Assembly (NCBI GenBank): GCA_002245135.1
Contig: NGBS01000004.1
Location: 124,001-188,000 of the forward strand
DNA: 64,000 nt
DNA from: Proteromonas lacertae
Taxonomy: Eukaryota
Direction of reading: 5' to 3'
The notes under the pieces were generated by a model, which saw only the letters and a program-made list of their open reading frames with translations, had not been told where the DNA came from and did not search any database. The stretch's first letter is position 1. Each line of letters opens with the position of its first letter. Shown here one piece after another: positions 24,363 through 38,600 of this stretch. The translations under genes were made by a program, and so were the position numbers.

Positions 24363-25920
24363 CTATTTATGATTTCTTTTTGATTCACCACTTTTCACTT
24401 TCTTTAAATACTGTTGTAATACTCTCAACCTTTCTTCAACATTACTTTCATCATCACTATCATCAATATAATTCTGTTTCATCTTTTGCACATGAACTTC
24501 ACCATCACTTAAATCTATATCACTCTTCATTCTATCATCATTATTATTACTTTTCTTTCTATTCCTTCTACTTACAGTTTCATCAATTATTCTATCATTA
24601 TTATTATCATCATCTGAGGAAGATAAATAACCTGTTGTTGGTTTATTCTTCATATAAATCACTTTCTTAGGTGATAAATGTTTAGATATTGATGGACTTC
24701 TGGATACTGATCTTTTAGAAGCTTTTGATGAAGAAACTGAAGTTGTTTTCTTTCGATTATTGGAGGGAGATGGTGATAAATGACGATTTTTATTGTTCAC
24801 CACTTTTTTATCTATATATTTAATATAATAATAATAATTATTCTTATTATACGTGTAGGTGTGTTAGATCTTGATGATATTGGAGTAACACTTCGACTGC
24901 TATTACTTTTATTTCTTATTCTATTAGTTGGAGTAGGACTTCTGGAAGTTACTCTTTTCTTCATTGTTGTTGATGATGATGATGTAGTTGATTTATTATG
25001 ATATTTATTATTTGGAGTTATAGATCTTGTTTTAGATACACTATTATTGGATGATTGACTTGTAATTGATGTTCTTCTTTTTTGTTCATTATTCATTGAT
25101 TTTGAGGGAGTTTTCTTCCTTATTATTGTTTTTGATTTAGTTTTATCGGGTAATTTTATTGATTTTAAATATTCTATTTCTTTTTTCAATTCTTCATTCT
25201 CTCTTAAAGCTGTAATGAGTTTTTCAGAATTTATTTTCTTTTCTTCTTTGATTTTAGCTATTAATTCTCTCATTTTACTTCTTTCTGATTGTATTTCACT
25301 CTCTAATCGTCTTATTTGCATTTGATATTGATGGATTTCATGAAATGGATAGTCATTTGGTCCAATTTCTGCTTTATATTCACTTAATTCTGCTCTAAGT
25401 CTATTAATTGTCCTTTGCAGCATTTCTATTGTAGGATTAATAACGAAGTATAATGGAAGTGGATAATGAACCATATCGAATTCTACACTATATGTCACTA
25501 TTAAATATCGTTTATTATCTGATTGAGATGTTGTTATTGAGTTATATAAATTTCTATGCCTATTTCTGAGCGTTTCTAGATCTGATGGCGTTAAAAGATC
25601 AACAAACACAGATCCACTCTTGCTAGTTAACGCTGATAATAACATTTTTACAAATGTTGAGAATCTTTTATAATTTCCTGTTTTACGAGTGATGTTTTCC
25701 AAAGCTATTCAAAAATAAATGTAAAATAAGATACCATCACCTGTAAATACTCCTCCCCATCTTTTTTCTCCATCGCTAGTTTCACAGTCAATACACAACT
25801 TGTTATCTTCATCAACTGAAACTTCAATACAATATGATATTCTAAGAATATAAATACTTAATAATACCCATGAAATATCATTTGAAATGATTTTTCGAAT
25901 GGTTCAATAACTGCAGTCAT
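24363..25920 (-). CDS. CCDC61: CCDC61/VFL3 basal-body protein (SAS-6-like head, coiled coil, basic tail)
   Basis: LENITRKTGNYKRFSTFVKML, VFVDLLTPSDLETLR and KRYLIVTYSVEFDMVHYPLPL are the CCDC61 signature blocks. Three short introns. Confidence 0.92.
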
Positions 25921-25987
25921 GTGAAAATTTGATTTTAAAATCAAATTTAAAAATATAGCTTGAGTGTAGCTTGATATTCTTCAGAAA

Positions 25988-28642
25988 ATGATTGAATTGC
26001 TCTTTATTCTGTCAATATATTTGCTTAGTTATGCAAGTTCAAAGCCAATGAATCAGCTTGGTACTGATATGAAGAAATTTCAAAACTCAAAGTATGTTAA
26101 TTATATAGTTAGTGATAATAATAGATATTTTCAGCAAAATAATTTTGATATGCTATTTAGTGATGATTCTGCAAAAGAAAATATGACAAGTGCTGAAATT
26201 TGCCCAGTACAACTTGATTTGCTTTGGGTAACTGATGTTGGTGCTTCAATTCATTCTACACCAGTTATTTATCCTCTATTCAGAGATGGTGTTAAGACTG
26301 TATATTAATAGTAAGGTTTATAACTTAGATTATTGCTCCAGCAGCAGCTAGATATATTGAAGTAATAGACAGAGAAGGACGTAAACCTAGTGGATGGCCG
26401 CTTGCATTTGATGAAGGAAAGTTCGAAAGTTCACCACTTATATACGATATTGATCAAGATGGAATAGATGACTTATTAATAGCTGATTATTATGGTATAA
26501 TAAGATGCATCAAACTTGATAATCATGGTCATTACTCTAAGGATGTACAAATACGATTACCTCGTCTAAAAATAAAAAAAGATTGGTTTGAAGGAGTAGA
26601 TAGTGATAAAGTAGATATATCAATGAGTTTAAGTGATTTTCATCATTATAATCAAACAGGACCTAATAAACAAGGAGATGGAAGTAGAATAGTAATGAAT
26701 CCAAAAGAATTCTTTGATATTGGCGAAGTTTCAGCTAAGAAAGCTGATAGTTTAGGATTATTACATTCATCCTTCAATTCTTCAAAGAATATGAATGCAA
26801 AGAGGAAATTAAATGAAGCAGCAGCAGCAGCAGCAGAAGAAGAAGAAGATGCAGTTGTTGAGAAAGAAGAAGATTGGAAAGAGAAATTAAAACATGAGTT
26901 CAATATTGATATTGATGATATAGCTGATGGTGATCATGATTGGGATTTATTTGAATATGATAATAACTTTTATAATGATAAATCTGTACAACATAAAGAT
27001 ACAATACAAGGAGAGTATATATATATATTATTTCTTATACTTATTCTTTATTTATCATTTTTATAATGGTTTTTTAGTGATATTTTAATTGATGCTCACA
27101 TCTTAGCAACTCCAACATTAGTTGATGTTGATAATGATGGATATATGGAATTAATTATTCCAGTATCCTATTTCTTCTATGTTGATTATTACGATGAATA
27201 TTTAGAGAATATTGATATTAATAAATATGTAGCTGATGGATTAATATGTTATGATCTATACCATCAACAATATAAATGGGAAATACATTTAGATTTATCT
27301 ACAAGTTTGAGTGAATTAAAAGCATATGTTACTACCACACCAACTGTAGTAGATTTAGATAAAGATGGAGTATTAGATATTGCACTAGGAACACAACTAG
27401 GATTAATGTATATATATATATATAATGTTATTATTATTAATGATAATAGATATGTATTTGATATAAATGGTAATCCAAAGAGTGGATTCCCTATTCAAGT
27501 TGGTCCTATAGAAAATCAGATACTCTGTGAGAATGTAATAGGTGATGATAAATTAGAGATTATAGTCGGAGATAAGTTAGGGAATGTGGTGATATTCTCT
27601 TCAGAAGGAAAAGAATTATTACATAAAAAGACATTTGGACCGATTATTGCAGTATTTTCTATTATTATTATTATTATTATTATTATTATGTATAGAATAT
27701 GGTAATAGGAGATGTAGATAATGATGGTAATAATGAATTAATAATAACCACTGAGAATGGATATGTGGATGTTATTGAGATGTTTTCTGGAGGATCTATA
27801 TACGGATTTCCATTAAGAACTGGAGGTAGAATTACAGCTACACCAACCTTAATAGCATTAAATGTATTATATTATATATGTTATTTATAGAAAACTGATA
27901 TTATGAGTATATTAGTACCAGTTGCTGATGGTCATATTTATATAATAAATGGTAAAAAGTATAGATGATTATTATTATTATATAGTGGTTGTGTTAATAA
28001 ATTAGATATTGGTGAATTATGTGATAGTTCTATTCTAGTAGACGATATGAATGGAGATGGATATTTAGATTTAATCATTTCAACTTTGAATGGTAATGTT
28101 TATACATTTTCTACTCAAAGTGTATATAAACCATTGAAAACTAGTGTTGGACTTAGCCAGAACAGTAATATATTTAGATACTCAGACAATTTAGATCAAA
28201 TTGGAGTTTATTTCAGACATTCACAGTATATTTTTTGTAATTAATATAAATAAATAGTAAAGAAGAAGTCAAAGTGCTCGGTAGGTTTATAGACTTGTAT
28301 TTTGATATTATAGACAAAAGAAAAAAGGTTAATTTTCCACATTATAATATTTCTATTTCAATCGGTACAAGTGTTATCAAATTTAAGCGTACCTACAATA
28401 AGCCTGGTAGATATCATGCTACAATAGAGTATAATAAGCCTGAACAACTCAATGTCAATATTAAGATGGTTAATGAATATAATCAAATATACACAGATGT
28501 GATAAGTGTAGTGTACAACTTGAACTTCTTTGTTACATTGAAGTATCTTTTCATTCTGCCATTACTATTGATGTTATTGTTATTTGTTCTTACTAATCCT
28601 CTTTCGGATGGTCTTCCTACTCACAGTGAGCATTATAATTAG
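25988..28642 (+). CDS. DEX1-like FG-GAP/beta-propeller type I membrane protein
   Basis: Signal peptide, SSPLIYDIDQDG, IDAHILATPTLVDVDNDG...ELIIPVSYFF, repeated DxDxDG motifs and a C-terminal TM segment (LKYLFILPLLLMLLLFVL). About eight introns. Confidence 0.85.
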
Positions 28643-28824
28643 TTCATATTATTATTATGACTTATATTTTTTCTAAATGTGTTTTGCTACCTAGTCATAC
28701 TACTTATTAACTTATCTTTTATTGCTCTAAGAAATATTGTTACCTTATTTTCTTCAGTATGTTATGTTTCTTTTATAGCATCTAATAAATAAGCGATTAC
28801 TATACGTTTTTTTAAAACCATCCT

Positions 28825-30149
28825 ATGAGTTTAAAGAATCTTCTAGACAAGAAAGATGTATAAGCAATTCTGTTCTTATTATCTCAATAGCCATTTGAAC
28901 TAAATGAAACGTCTATTGATCTAGCATGTTTTTGTTATCGTATTTAATTTGTATTAATACAATAGTATCAAATAAAAATGTCAAAAAAATACTTGACTAT
29001 TACGAATACTGCAGTTCATCGTATATTACACACTAATTGTAACATATAGTAATGGATTGAACGAAGATAAGCTGTTGCACTATTTACATCTAGATAAAAT
29101 GGAACTTATATCAGAGATCGTAACAGTTTTACGTATAGACAACGATTGTAATTTGTAGATATTTATAATAAACCAGAAGATGAATCAATTACTTCCTCCA
29201 AGATAGTATTATCGAAAGATGACTATTTTCAATTTATTGTAATTTTTGGCATATTACCACTTAATTTAACCATAATCTGTATAATATTGATATATAATTA
29301 TTATAGTTGTACTATCTATTGTTGGTGCACAAAGCTTTACACATATAAGTGAACCTACATTTGCGAAGATACTATCTTTAATAAATTGTGAAGCTGATAA
29401 AGGAGGAAGTGCACTTCAGACGATAAGTTTGAAATACAAAATGTTAGCTAAGTATTGTATTCCATTTTTATCATATACATAGACAAGATATTTATTATTT
29501 GGAATTTAATGATTTTTATAACATTATATTTGAGAATAAATGGTTTTCCGAACTTTACAAAATAACAAATAGTATAAGAATAATAGCATTATCACAACAG
29601 ATCTATGAATCTATTCACTATAGAATGACTAATATAACGAATATATTACAATATAAAATGGAACACAATGGAAAATCACCTCCTTTATCTTGTAATGATC
29701 ATTTACTAATACTGTTAGGAGTAATGGATAATCCATATAAATATAATTATTGTGATAGTAGTGTAGATAAAAATAGAATAACAGAAATAGCAAAACAAAT
29801 GAAGAGGAAATTAATGACACAACAGAGAAGTTTTATTCAAGTAGTTTGGACTCCTCATTTAATGAAATTAAAGAAACAAGGAAGTAGTCATACTATGGTA
29901 TCAATGCCTGGTATTAATAAATCACTACGAGTTTCTAATCTATCTGTTTCTGAAGATGATTGTTATTCATCTAAAAATATTAATAGTTATGGTCCTTTTG
30001 CTTGTAAAAATAAGGTTTGTCCTATTATTGATCCAAATAGAAATAGTTGTAGTAGATTCCCTAATAAAAGGTCTTGTCCTGTTGAATCTTCTAGAAGGAT
30101 CAATTGTATTTCAGAAGAATCTCCTCCTTTACCTAATCAAAGTACGTAA
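28825..30149 (+). CDS. Hypothetical protein, possibly degenerate EF-hand/calcineurin-B-like N-terminus
   Basis: Six short GT-AG introns give one continuous frame from ATG 28825 into ORF 29499-30149. The fold guess is weak. Confidence 0.55.
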
Positions 30150-30370
30150 TAATAATAAATGATACTTATATCTCATTTATATATATTATTTATATGAAAA
30201 TGCATAGATGTATATTTTAATTATTAGTGTCATTTATTATATTAAAGAGTTGTAATGTTTTTGTATGTTAATAAATTATTAGTATAATATTATGTATTTT
30301 TATTTAAATTATTGTTTTTAATTATTAATATGTTGGTAAAAATATTTGGAAATGAAATTCTATGTTTAAT

Positions 30371-33300
30371 TTATACAAAGTATTTATTAAATGCTTCTTC
30401 AAAAGCATTTGTTTCTTCTTTTGTATTGAAGATTATTGTGAATCTACTACCTTTTTTCGGTATTACTTCAACTGTAAAACTTAATCTCTTCATTTTTGAT
30501 TCAACTAATGATATATTCACATATTTTTCACCACAGAAACCAGGTTGAAAGTAAGCTATTGATGTATCAGTACAGAATAATATTCTAGCTTTTGAAGAAT
30601 TATTTTTATCCATTATCCTTGCAGTAAATCCATCAGTGTTAAAAACATTAAACAATGGAATTGAATTCTATTAAAGATATACATATAGATATACAATTAC
30701 AGATTGTGGTAATCTTGCTTCTACAGATACTGCTGAATTTTGCTTTGATTCTTTTTGTTTCTCTTCTTCCAGTTGCTTTTTAAGAAGTGTTTCTTTTTCT
30801 AAATCATTTTTAAGTATTTCATATTTCTCATGTAATTCACATAATTCTTTTTCCATTTCTTTAATTTTCTTGTTCTTCTCTGCCAAGTCAATTTCATATT
30901 TTTTACTATTACTATCATTTTCAGCTATGGGTGGTGGTGGTGGAGTTGCAACATTGCCTATTTTGTTATACTTATTTTCTTTATTATTTAGCTTTTCATT
31001 CAATTCATCAATTTTGGATTGAGCATCTATCAATTCTGCTTTTAATTTTATTACAGCTGTGTCAGTATTCGTTATTTTCCTGCTAAACAATTTTTCATCT
31101 TGACCCATTAACTTTAACTTTTTATTCATTTCCATATTCTCACCTAAACAACAATACAATTGTTTTCTTAATAATTCTATCTCCTCATTTTCTTCTTTTG
31201 TATTACCATTTGTTTTAATTGCTACTTTTTCTAACTTACTATTACTAAAATACAGAAATGATTGACGATATAATATATCAGCATCTAATCTTAATAATCT
31301 ACTATTAATTACAGGGTATTGTTCTTTAATCATTTCACCATTTACTGGTTTATTAGTATAAATATCAATTGATATTGGTCCTTCAAATGGATCAAATGTT
31401 GATGGAACAAAGAAATATTTACCTTTTGGAATAATAGCTACTTCAGAGATTAATGGTAGTTCTGTCCAAAAATAACATCCATTTATTTTAAAAATTGATT
31501 TTGGATATTGCTTCAGTTGTTCTTTTGGTGATTTTCTCTTCTTTTCATTTTTATATAAATCAACATTTACACATACTTTTTCTGTTGGATTAAAAACCAT
31601 TACTAATTCAGTATTATCTTCTTCAAATGTAATTGGTATTCTATAAAAGATAATTAATTAATGTTTAATACATTGGATTATCATCATAATGATGATGATT
31701 GTTACATCCTGCTGCTGTTCCATCACTTTTTGACCATTTTCCATCATAATGATAATGCAAATAACCTTCTCCTAATTCTGGACATCTTTTCACAGTTAAT
31801 TTATCTGGAGATTGAATAGTGAAAGTGAAAGGACCATGTGTTGTTTGTTTATATACTAAACATTCTGCTATATAATTACCAGGAGTTAAATTACTTTGAA
31901 TAATTTTGGATGAAAATGAAAAACAACTTGGTGATTCAATTACTGAACATTTATTATCCTGATAATCAAAATATCTTCCATCACTTCTATATAATAGCAG
32001 CATTACTTGATCATCACAAGTTGTGTTTAAATACAAATAAAGTGGAGTTGTTTTTGTAACAGTAATTAGATATTGTGGAGAAACAGTATGATGATTATAT
32101 CCTTTATTATTTGCTTCTGTCCATTCATCATGAATATCAAGATTAAACCAATCTGTGATTTGAGTAATGGTGAATAATGAAGATCCGCGAAATACTATAC
32201 TCATTGAAGAAGTACTATAATTTCTATTATCACAATAAAAACAAAAATAATACTCTGCAAATGATGGAACTAAAGTGTATTTACTTTTTTTTAATGTCAC
32301 TGATGATGTAGTATTGCTTTTACCTAATATTCTTCCAGATATCATTCTCTCTCCAATACTGAATAAATGATCTCCATTACTCTCATATAATTGAAATTCA
32401 GATATACCATCTACAGTTTCGCAACTACAAACTAAATCACATGATTCTTCTAAAATATCAATACACCATTGATCATTTGATGGTTTATCATGACTATTTT
32501 ATTCATAATCAAAACAATTTATACTATTCAATATTTCCAAATGTATTTCTTATTCTTTTTCCATCTTTTAATAAAATTAGAGATTGTCTTGTTAAATCTA
32601 CCTTATCATATGATATTGGTTTTGTTGACCACATTGAAAATGAATAAGATTTCATTACTTTCTTATGAATAGTAAAATAAAGATTAAGGATTATAATAGA
32701 AATAAATAATCCAAAAAGATATCAATGTAAAACAAGTGAATATTGTCCTGGTTGTAGATTAGCACAATATGAATAGATGGAATGAACACTGGCAATATTT
32801 TCACATTGAGTTTCAGATAAAACACTATTTCCTTTTGAATCAAATACATAGATGAAATATGAAAATGAATCATTTGATTTTAGAAGCAATCTGGTTGTTT
32901 CTTTCACTGTTAATTTGTATTGAGGTAATTGAGTATAAAATCCTTGAATCAAATATTCTCCTCCATCTTTTACTACTCCTTTGATATTATATTCAATGAA
33001 TTTCTCCTCACATTTTGTTGATGATATTTCAAGTGATATTGGAGATTCTAATCTTACATCGATTTTACATGGTTTGTTATTGTTTATTAAATATGGAACA
33101 AATCTATATTCTCCTTTTTCTACATCAATTTCACAAACATTTTCATTGAATTGAGCAGCCATTTGAGAAACTGTTTTACTATCACTATCACAATATATTC
33201 TATTTTCTCCTTTAAATAATGAACCACCAACTCTTTCATTTTCACATTTCAAATAAATGAACAACTTTGTATTTTGTGGAATTACTATTTTCAATTGAGG

Positions 33301-35551
33301 TAACATATAGAATAATTGTTCCATTGGATTATAATCTGTAATCCAATCGAAACTTACTTTAGAATTATATGTAAATCTTTCCATCGCTAAAGGTCCATGA
33401 GATATCTTCATATTCTTTGAGAATATCTATAATATAATATATAAAACAATAAAATATACTCTAATTGTCATTGGAACTGGATATATATTATTATCTTTTA
33501 AATACGACACAATTACAAACTTTGATGGTTTATCAATGATTTGCCTATTTCCCCATACTTTCATCATATAATAAGTTCGATTCTATTACACCATTAGTAA
33601 TAATATGTTAATATACCATTGATGAAGGTTCATCCATTAGTCTTTTACAATTTTCACCTGTAACATCTAAGAAGTATATTCTATTAAGGAGAAAATTTAA
33701 AAATCATTTATAGAAAGATATATCATTAAAAACATAGATATTTGAATCACTTTCATCTTTACTATGCCTTTCAAACTCAAAGTATACTTCTCCTACTCCT
33801 TTTGTTGGAGTTACTTCAAATGTATATTGATGTCTGAAATATACTTGTCTTGGAACTAGTCCTGGTAATAAAATGTGATGACTTCCATTAAATGGGTATA
33901 TTTCTTCATGATATGCTATATTTCTATTGAAATTATAATATTTAGAAAAATACATTCCATTACATTCAGGTAATACATCTTTCAACAAAAACCAAGAAGC
34001 ATTTACACTACAAAAACAATCTGCTGATTCTCGATTATATCCAATATACTATAACAATAATTCAATTATATAATATCAATACTTTTTGATGTTTTTCATC
34101 CCATATATTATTATCAATATACCAAGGTCCTTTAATGCCATGAGCATTCCCAACTAGAATCCATTTCTCTTTGTTATATTCTCGATACTAATAAAAGAAT
34201 AGAATGAATATGATAACATACAGCTAAAATAGCATATGCATGATGATGAACAATTGGTAATTTTCCTTGATCACAGACTGAAAGTGTTGATATTATATGT
34301 CCATTACTATATAAAGTGTATAATTCATTCCATATTTTATCTAAATTATTCAACAATTCTTTTGAACTATATGATCTAGTAGCACAACCAGTAAAACAGG
34401 ATAATTCACAACTGAAATAAGAACCTGTATAAAACACTTTCATTATTGCTTTTTCTAATAAACTAACCCACAATTCAGTCTGCAATAATGATTGAGCTAT
34501 AATAACACCAGAACACTCTTTACTTGTCAATTGATAATCATCGACTAGTACACTTCTAAAACATCCATTGATATATATTTTAATAACATACTTACCATAA
34601 GGATTGTAAATTGGCCAACCATCTTTGTTTTGAGGATATATCATATTCTTCAAATAGGTTGTTCCATATAATGCCATATGATTAGTGATTGCCATTACTG
34701 GTGCAATATTAGAACAATCTCCCATTTCCATTTGTTTTACTGATGGTGATAAAAAGTCTCTTACTACTTCAGGAATAACATCATAAAACTCATTTGGTCT
34801 TCTCCATACACCTTTTCCTACTAAGTCTTTTATTTTGTTATAATCAAAATCATCTCTGAAATATTCTTCATCTGTATCAAATCTTGTATTATATAATTCA
34901 TACTCACTAAATGGATTAACTGCAACTTCACCAATTCTTGAAGAATCTTTCAATATTTTGGTTTGTTCATTTTCTTCATCAGGTTTGAAAATAAAGTTAT
35001 CTTCTTTTGGATAAGATTTTAACAACTGGTCAATATCATTTAAATACTTCTTTTTATCTTCTTTTTCTTTTGATGACAATTTTTCTGAAGATTTAAATAA
35101 TGCTTTGGCATTATCTAACAGTCTTCTTGCTTCCGTATTTTTACCAACAGATCTTAAAGTTTGAGCGTATTCTAAACAGAATTTACCCTTCAGATAGTTT
35201 ATTGGAGTAGCGAATGTTTTAATCGAAGACATTGGGTAACGATACTAAATTTAGACCATTTAAAATACCTGATTAAATTGTTCATTCGCTTTATCATCAA
35301 TTAACTGTATCATCTTTAATATTTCTGAAATGCGCTTAATATTTCTTTCATAGCTATAGATCAATATAAATATGAGTTTACTTTGAGATTTTAGGAGAGG
35401 AAGTCAAAACATAATAACCATATAAAGCCTGGAAGTATAAACTTCTGGCATATAACCACAACTTCTCATTTTCTTTCTCTTTACCCTAAAGAATCCTTTA
35501 ATAGATCAGAAATACTTTTTTAATAAGCTGTTCTACATCCTGTATTTTCAT
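30371..35551 (-). CDS. Calpain-7/PalB-like cysteine protease: MIT-like N-terminus, CysPc, multiple domain-III repeats, coiled coil, PH-like C-terminus
   Basis: KQMEMGDCS (Cys), HHHAYAIL (His), LVGNAHG (Asn), YNPYGKYVIKIYINGCFRSVLVDD and ELWVSLLEKA. Repeated PQY...GxYxxVP units. About 13 introns, including two AT-AC. Confidence 0.85.
32672..32722 (-). other. U12-type AT-AC intron (51 nt) in the calpain gene
   Basis: Minus strand reads ATATCTTTTTGG...ATCCTTAATCTTTATTTTAC. Removal turns the apparent TGA stop into TGT and gives YSLVLHCIHKKVMKSYSFSMWS in frame. Confidence 0.88.
33674..33721 (-). other. U12-type AT-AC intron (48 nt) in the calpain gene
   Basis: Minus strand reads ATATCTTTCT...TTTTCTCCTTAATAGAATATAC. 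Removal gives YVFND|FLDVTGENCKRL in frame, whereas using the internal AG leads to a stop. Confidence 0.88.
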
Positions 35552-35649
35552 CAAATTCTCATTTAACAGTTATATAAAACGGTAAATTTTATAATAAAAA
35601 AAACAATCTACACCAACAAATAGCATTATTTACTAAATAAAACAAATAA

Positions 35650-38600
35650 TTATTTCAATAATATGTTCTGATAAATCCAGTAGCACTGATAATCAACATA
35701 ATTCTTCAAAAAAAATATACATTCTGGATTTATGTTTATGTTTGTGAAACTATCTTTGCTAACAATTGCTTCAAATATCTTTACTGATTTAGTACTATCA
35801 TATTTCAAGTATAAAAACATGTTATTACAAGGCAATACAATCATCATAGAATTACTAAAATCAACTATGACTTCCTTATATAAATCATGAGTCGATAAAT
35901 CTCTTAAAAATAATTGACTTTGTATTGCAGTATATACCTCAGGGACATCGATAATTGCATTTAAAGGAATTTTATAACTCCTTTCAAAAATCCAATCCTA
36001 CATTGAAATATAAAAAAAGCAATACGAATTTATCAGTGTTTCTATTAAGAATCAAATCATTCCATTTATTCAAATAAGATTGTTGCAACTCTTCTAAGCG
36101 GCTGTTGAGATTAGAGGTAATAATTGAAGGATAATCTTGCAGACTGGCATTTTCGTACAATACAATTCCACCAATTTCACTAACATCATCTTTACCAGTT
36201 TTATAATATCCAATGAAATGAAAACGTTCATAATTTGTAATATTACATGATTTGTATAGAATATATGATAAATTTGGATATTGATTTAATATATAACTGG
36301 AATTCAAACCAAATAGTTGAAGATACTATAAATAAACATAATTAATAATACTTCAGGTTTCTTAAAATCATAATTCATTATACGATAATTAGAATGAACA
36401 ATATTGTCTGGATATTTGTCTCTTAAGAACAAAATAAGATTATAACAATCGTTCAAACTATAATAATGTATAAATAAATGATAATAGTTTACTTTTTGGT
36501 TTGTTCAGAAATCAATTCTACTGCCATGCTATATATACTCTCATATATCAGTTTTTCAATGTTAAATGAATAGAAGAAGTCAATAGCAATGTTTGGATTA
36601 AATATATTAGTTGGTACATATCCATTATTATAATAGTAATACTGACATATAAATCGATTTTCTTTATCTTTGATTTGTAAGTAAATGAAATTAGATGAAA
36701 CTTTTTCTTTCAAAACTCTATATTATATATAAGTGTAAAAGGTATAACTATACATATAAACTCCATCAATACTATCCCTTTCTGTTCTAAACTGCAAATT
36801 ATCTGTGTTTAAGAATAATATTTCTTGCAATTCCTGTTTAATAATAATAATAATAATAATATAGATATAAATACAGTTCTACATCTCTTCACTTCATCAA
36901 TAAAACGGCTAGAATGAAACAATTCAATAATAATCTTTGATTTAAACACATTATTCTTCTGAATTACAAAATTTAAAGGTAACATTTTCTCTCCTATAAA
37001 AGTTGAATATGATTGAAATATTGTAGCATAATTCGGCAAAGAAAAACTAGAGTTATGATCATCCATCAATTGATTTAAGAATTTCTCATAACGTTCTCTT
37101 AATTCAATACAATCATTTACTTTTTTCATATATTTTGCTTTCTTTTCTATTAATCCACTCTCATCACTACCTAAATCTCGTAAATTTATATCCAGCGGAT
37201 ATGGTAATGATAAATTATAATATAATATGTTATGAGAATAATGAATGTTAATTGATGTGTTGTGTTTAAAAGGTTTATTTAACTGCAATAATGATAAAGT
37301 GTTTGACTTTTGAATATTATCTATAAACGACTGTAAACCAAATATAACAGAAGATTTCATTTTGGATATTAATTTGGATGGTAATTCATATGAATAATAC
37401 GAACTAATTCTATTATTAGAACAAATATAAAAACACTTTTGATCAATAGAATAATACCAAATTTGACAATTTCTCACTAAATTCTTCATGGAAGTAATAT
37501 GATTTAAAACTATTGAATTATTATCATACTCTTCGTTCAGTGCTTGTTGTGATTTAAATGATATCCATTTACTATTATCATCTGTAGATAATGAAAAGAA
37601 TGATTTATATTTCTTATCATTTTCACTAATTGATGAGAATTTATTGTAACAACACCAAAATGGGATATTTATATCTTCATGTCTAACTGTATAGTAATTG
37701 GAATTATTCAGAATATCATATATGATAGAAGGAGGATAGTTATAGATACAACTCGTATTATAATTCATAAATGAAATAATTACACTGCTTATATTTGATG
37801 CTACACATTGCTTTAAATTGTATATTACATTTTTGGGTATTTCAGAGTATGATTTTAATTCAAATCTATATAGATAATGTGTAGAATCAGAATAAAGTGA
37901 CTTATGAATAATATATATTGTACTATAATCTGTTAATATATAATATTTGGATGATATTTTCTGATAATTCTCTATGTCTGATGTATTTATTTTTGCTACT
38001 CCAATATTGATCCATTCATCTAAATCATTCTCTGATCTTGGAGTTAATGTATTAATGTTAGAATATTCATCTTCTATTCTTTCTTCCTTCAATTCATTTT
38101 CATCATTCTTTAGCTCTTTTATGCATAAATGATCACTTTCTATCTTCAGTATTTTCTTATCATAATCATCAATGTTATTAATATAGAAATTAGGAATAAA
38201 ATAGAGTGTTTTACTATCAGTATATGATGAAAAACTGACAAAATGATCTTTTTCCATTTCAATTATTTCTTCATTTCTCATCTTGTTTATGTAGTTAGTG
38301 AGTTGGAAGAGATAAGAATGACTTTTTATGATTCTAGTAACATTTTGAATTGTTTTATCAGATTGTTCATTATTTACAAATGTGTAGATATTAAACTGTA
38401 AACAATTGTCTAACATATTCAATAGAATATAACAAGGAGTATTTCCACTTTCAGAATATCTAATTATAAAAATAGTACTTATATATATACATATAAACAA
38501 CTGGATCTTCATTGATTAATTTGATATTATCATCATTTAGAATTGTATTACTTATCTTCAATATACTTCCATTTCCATTATTACTCAAAGAAACACCAAC

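Noticed and set aside
25705..25734. CCDC61 intron starting GTATCTTA as a GT-AG U12 intron
   Set aside because: It is only 30 nt, has no CCTTAA-like branch site, and GTAT is the usual major donor here.
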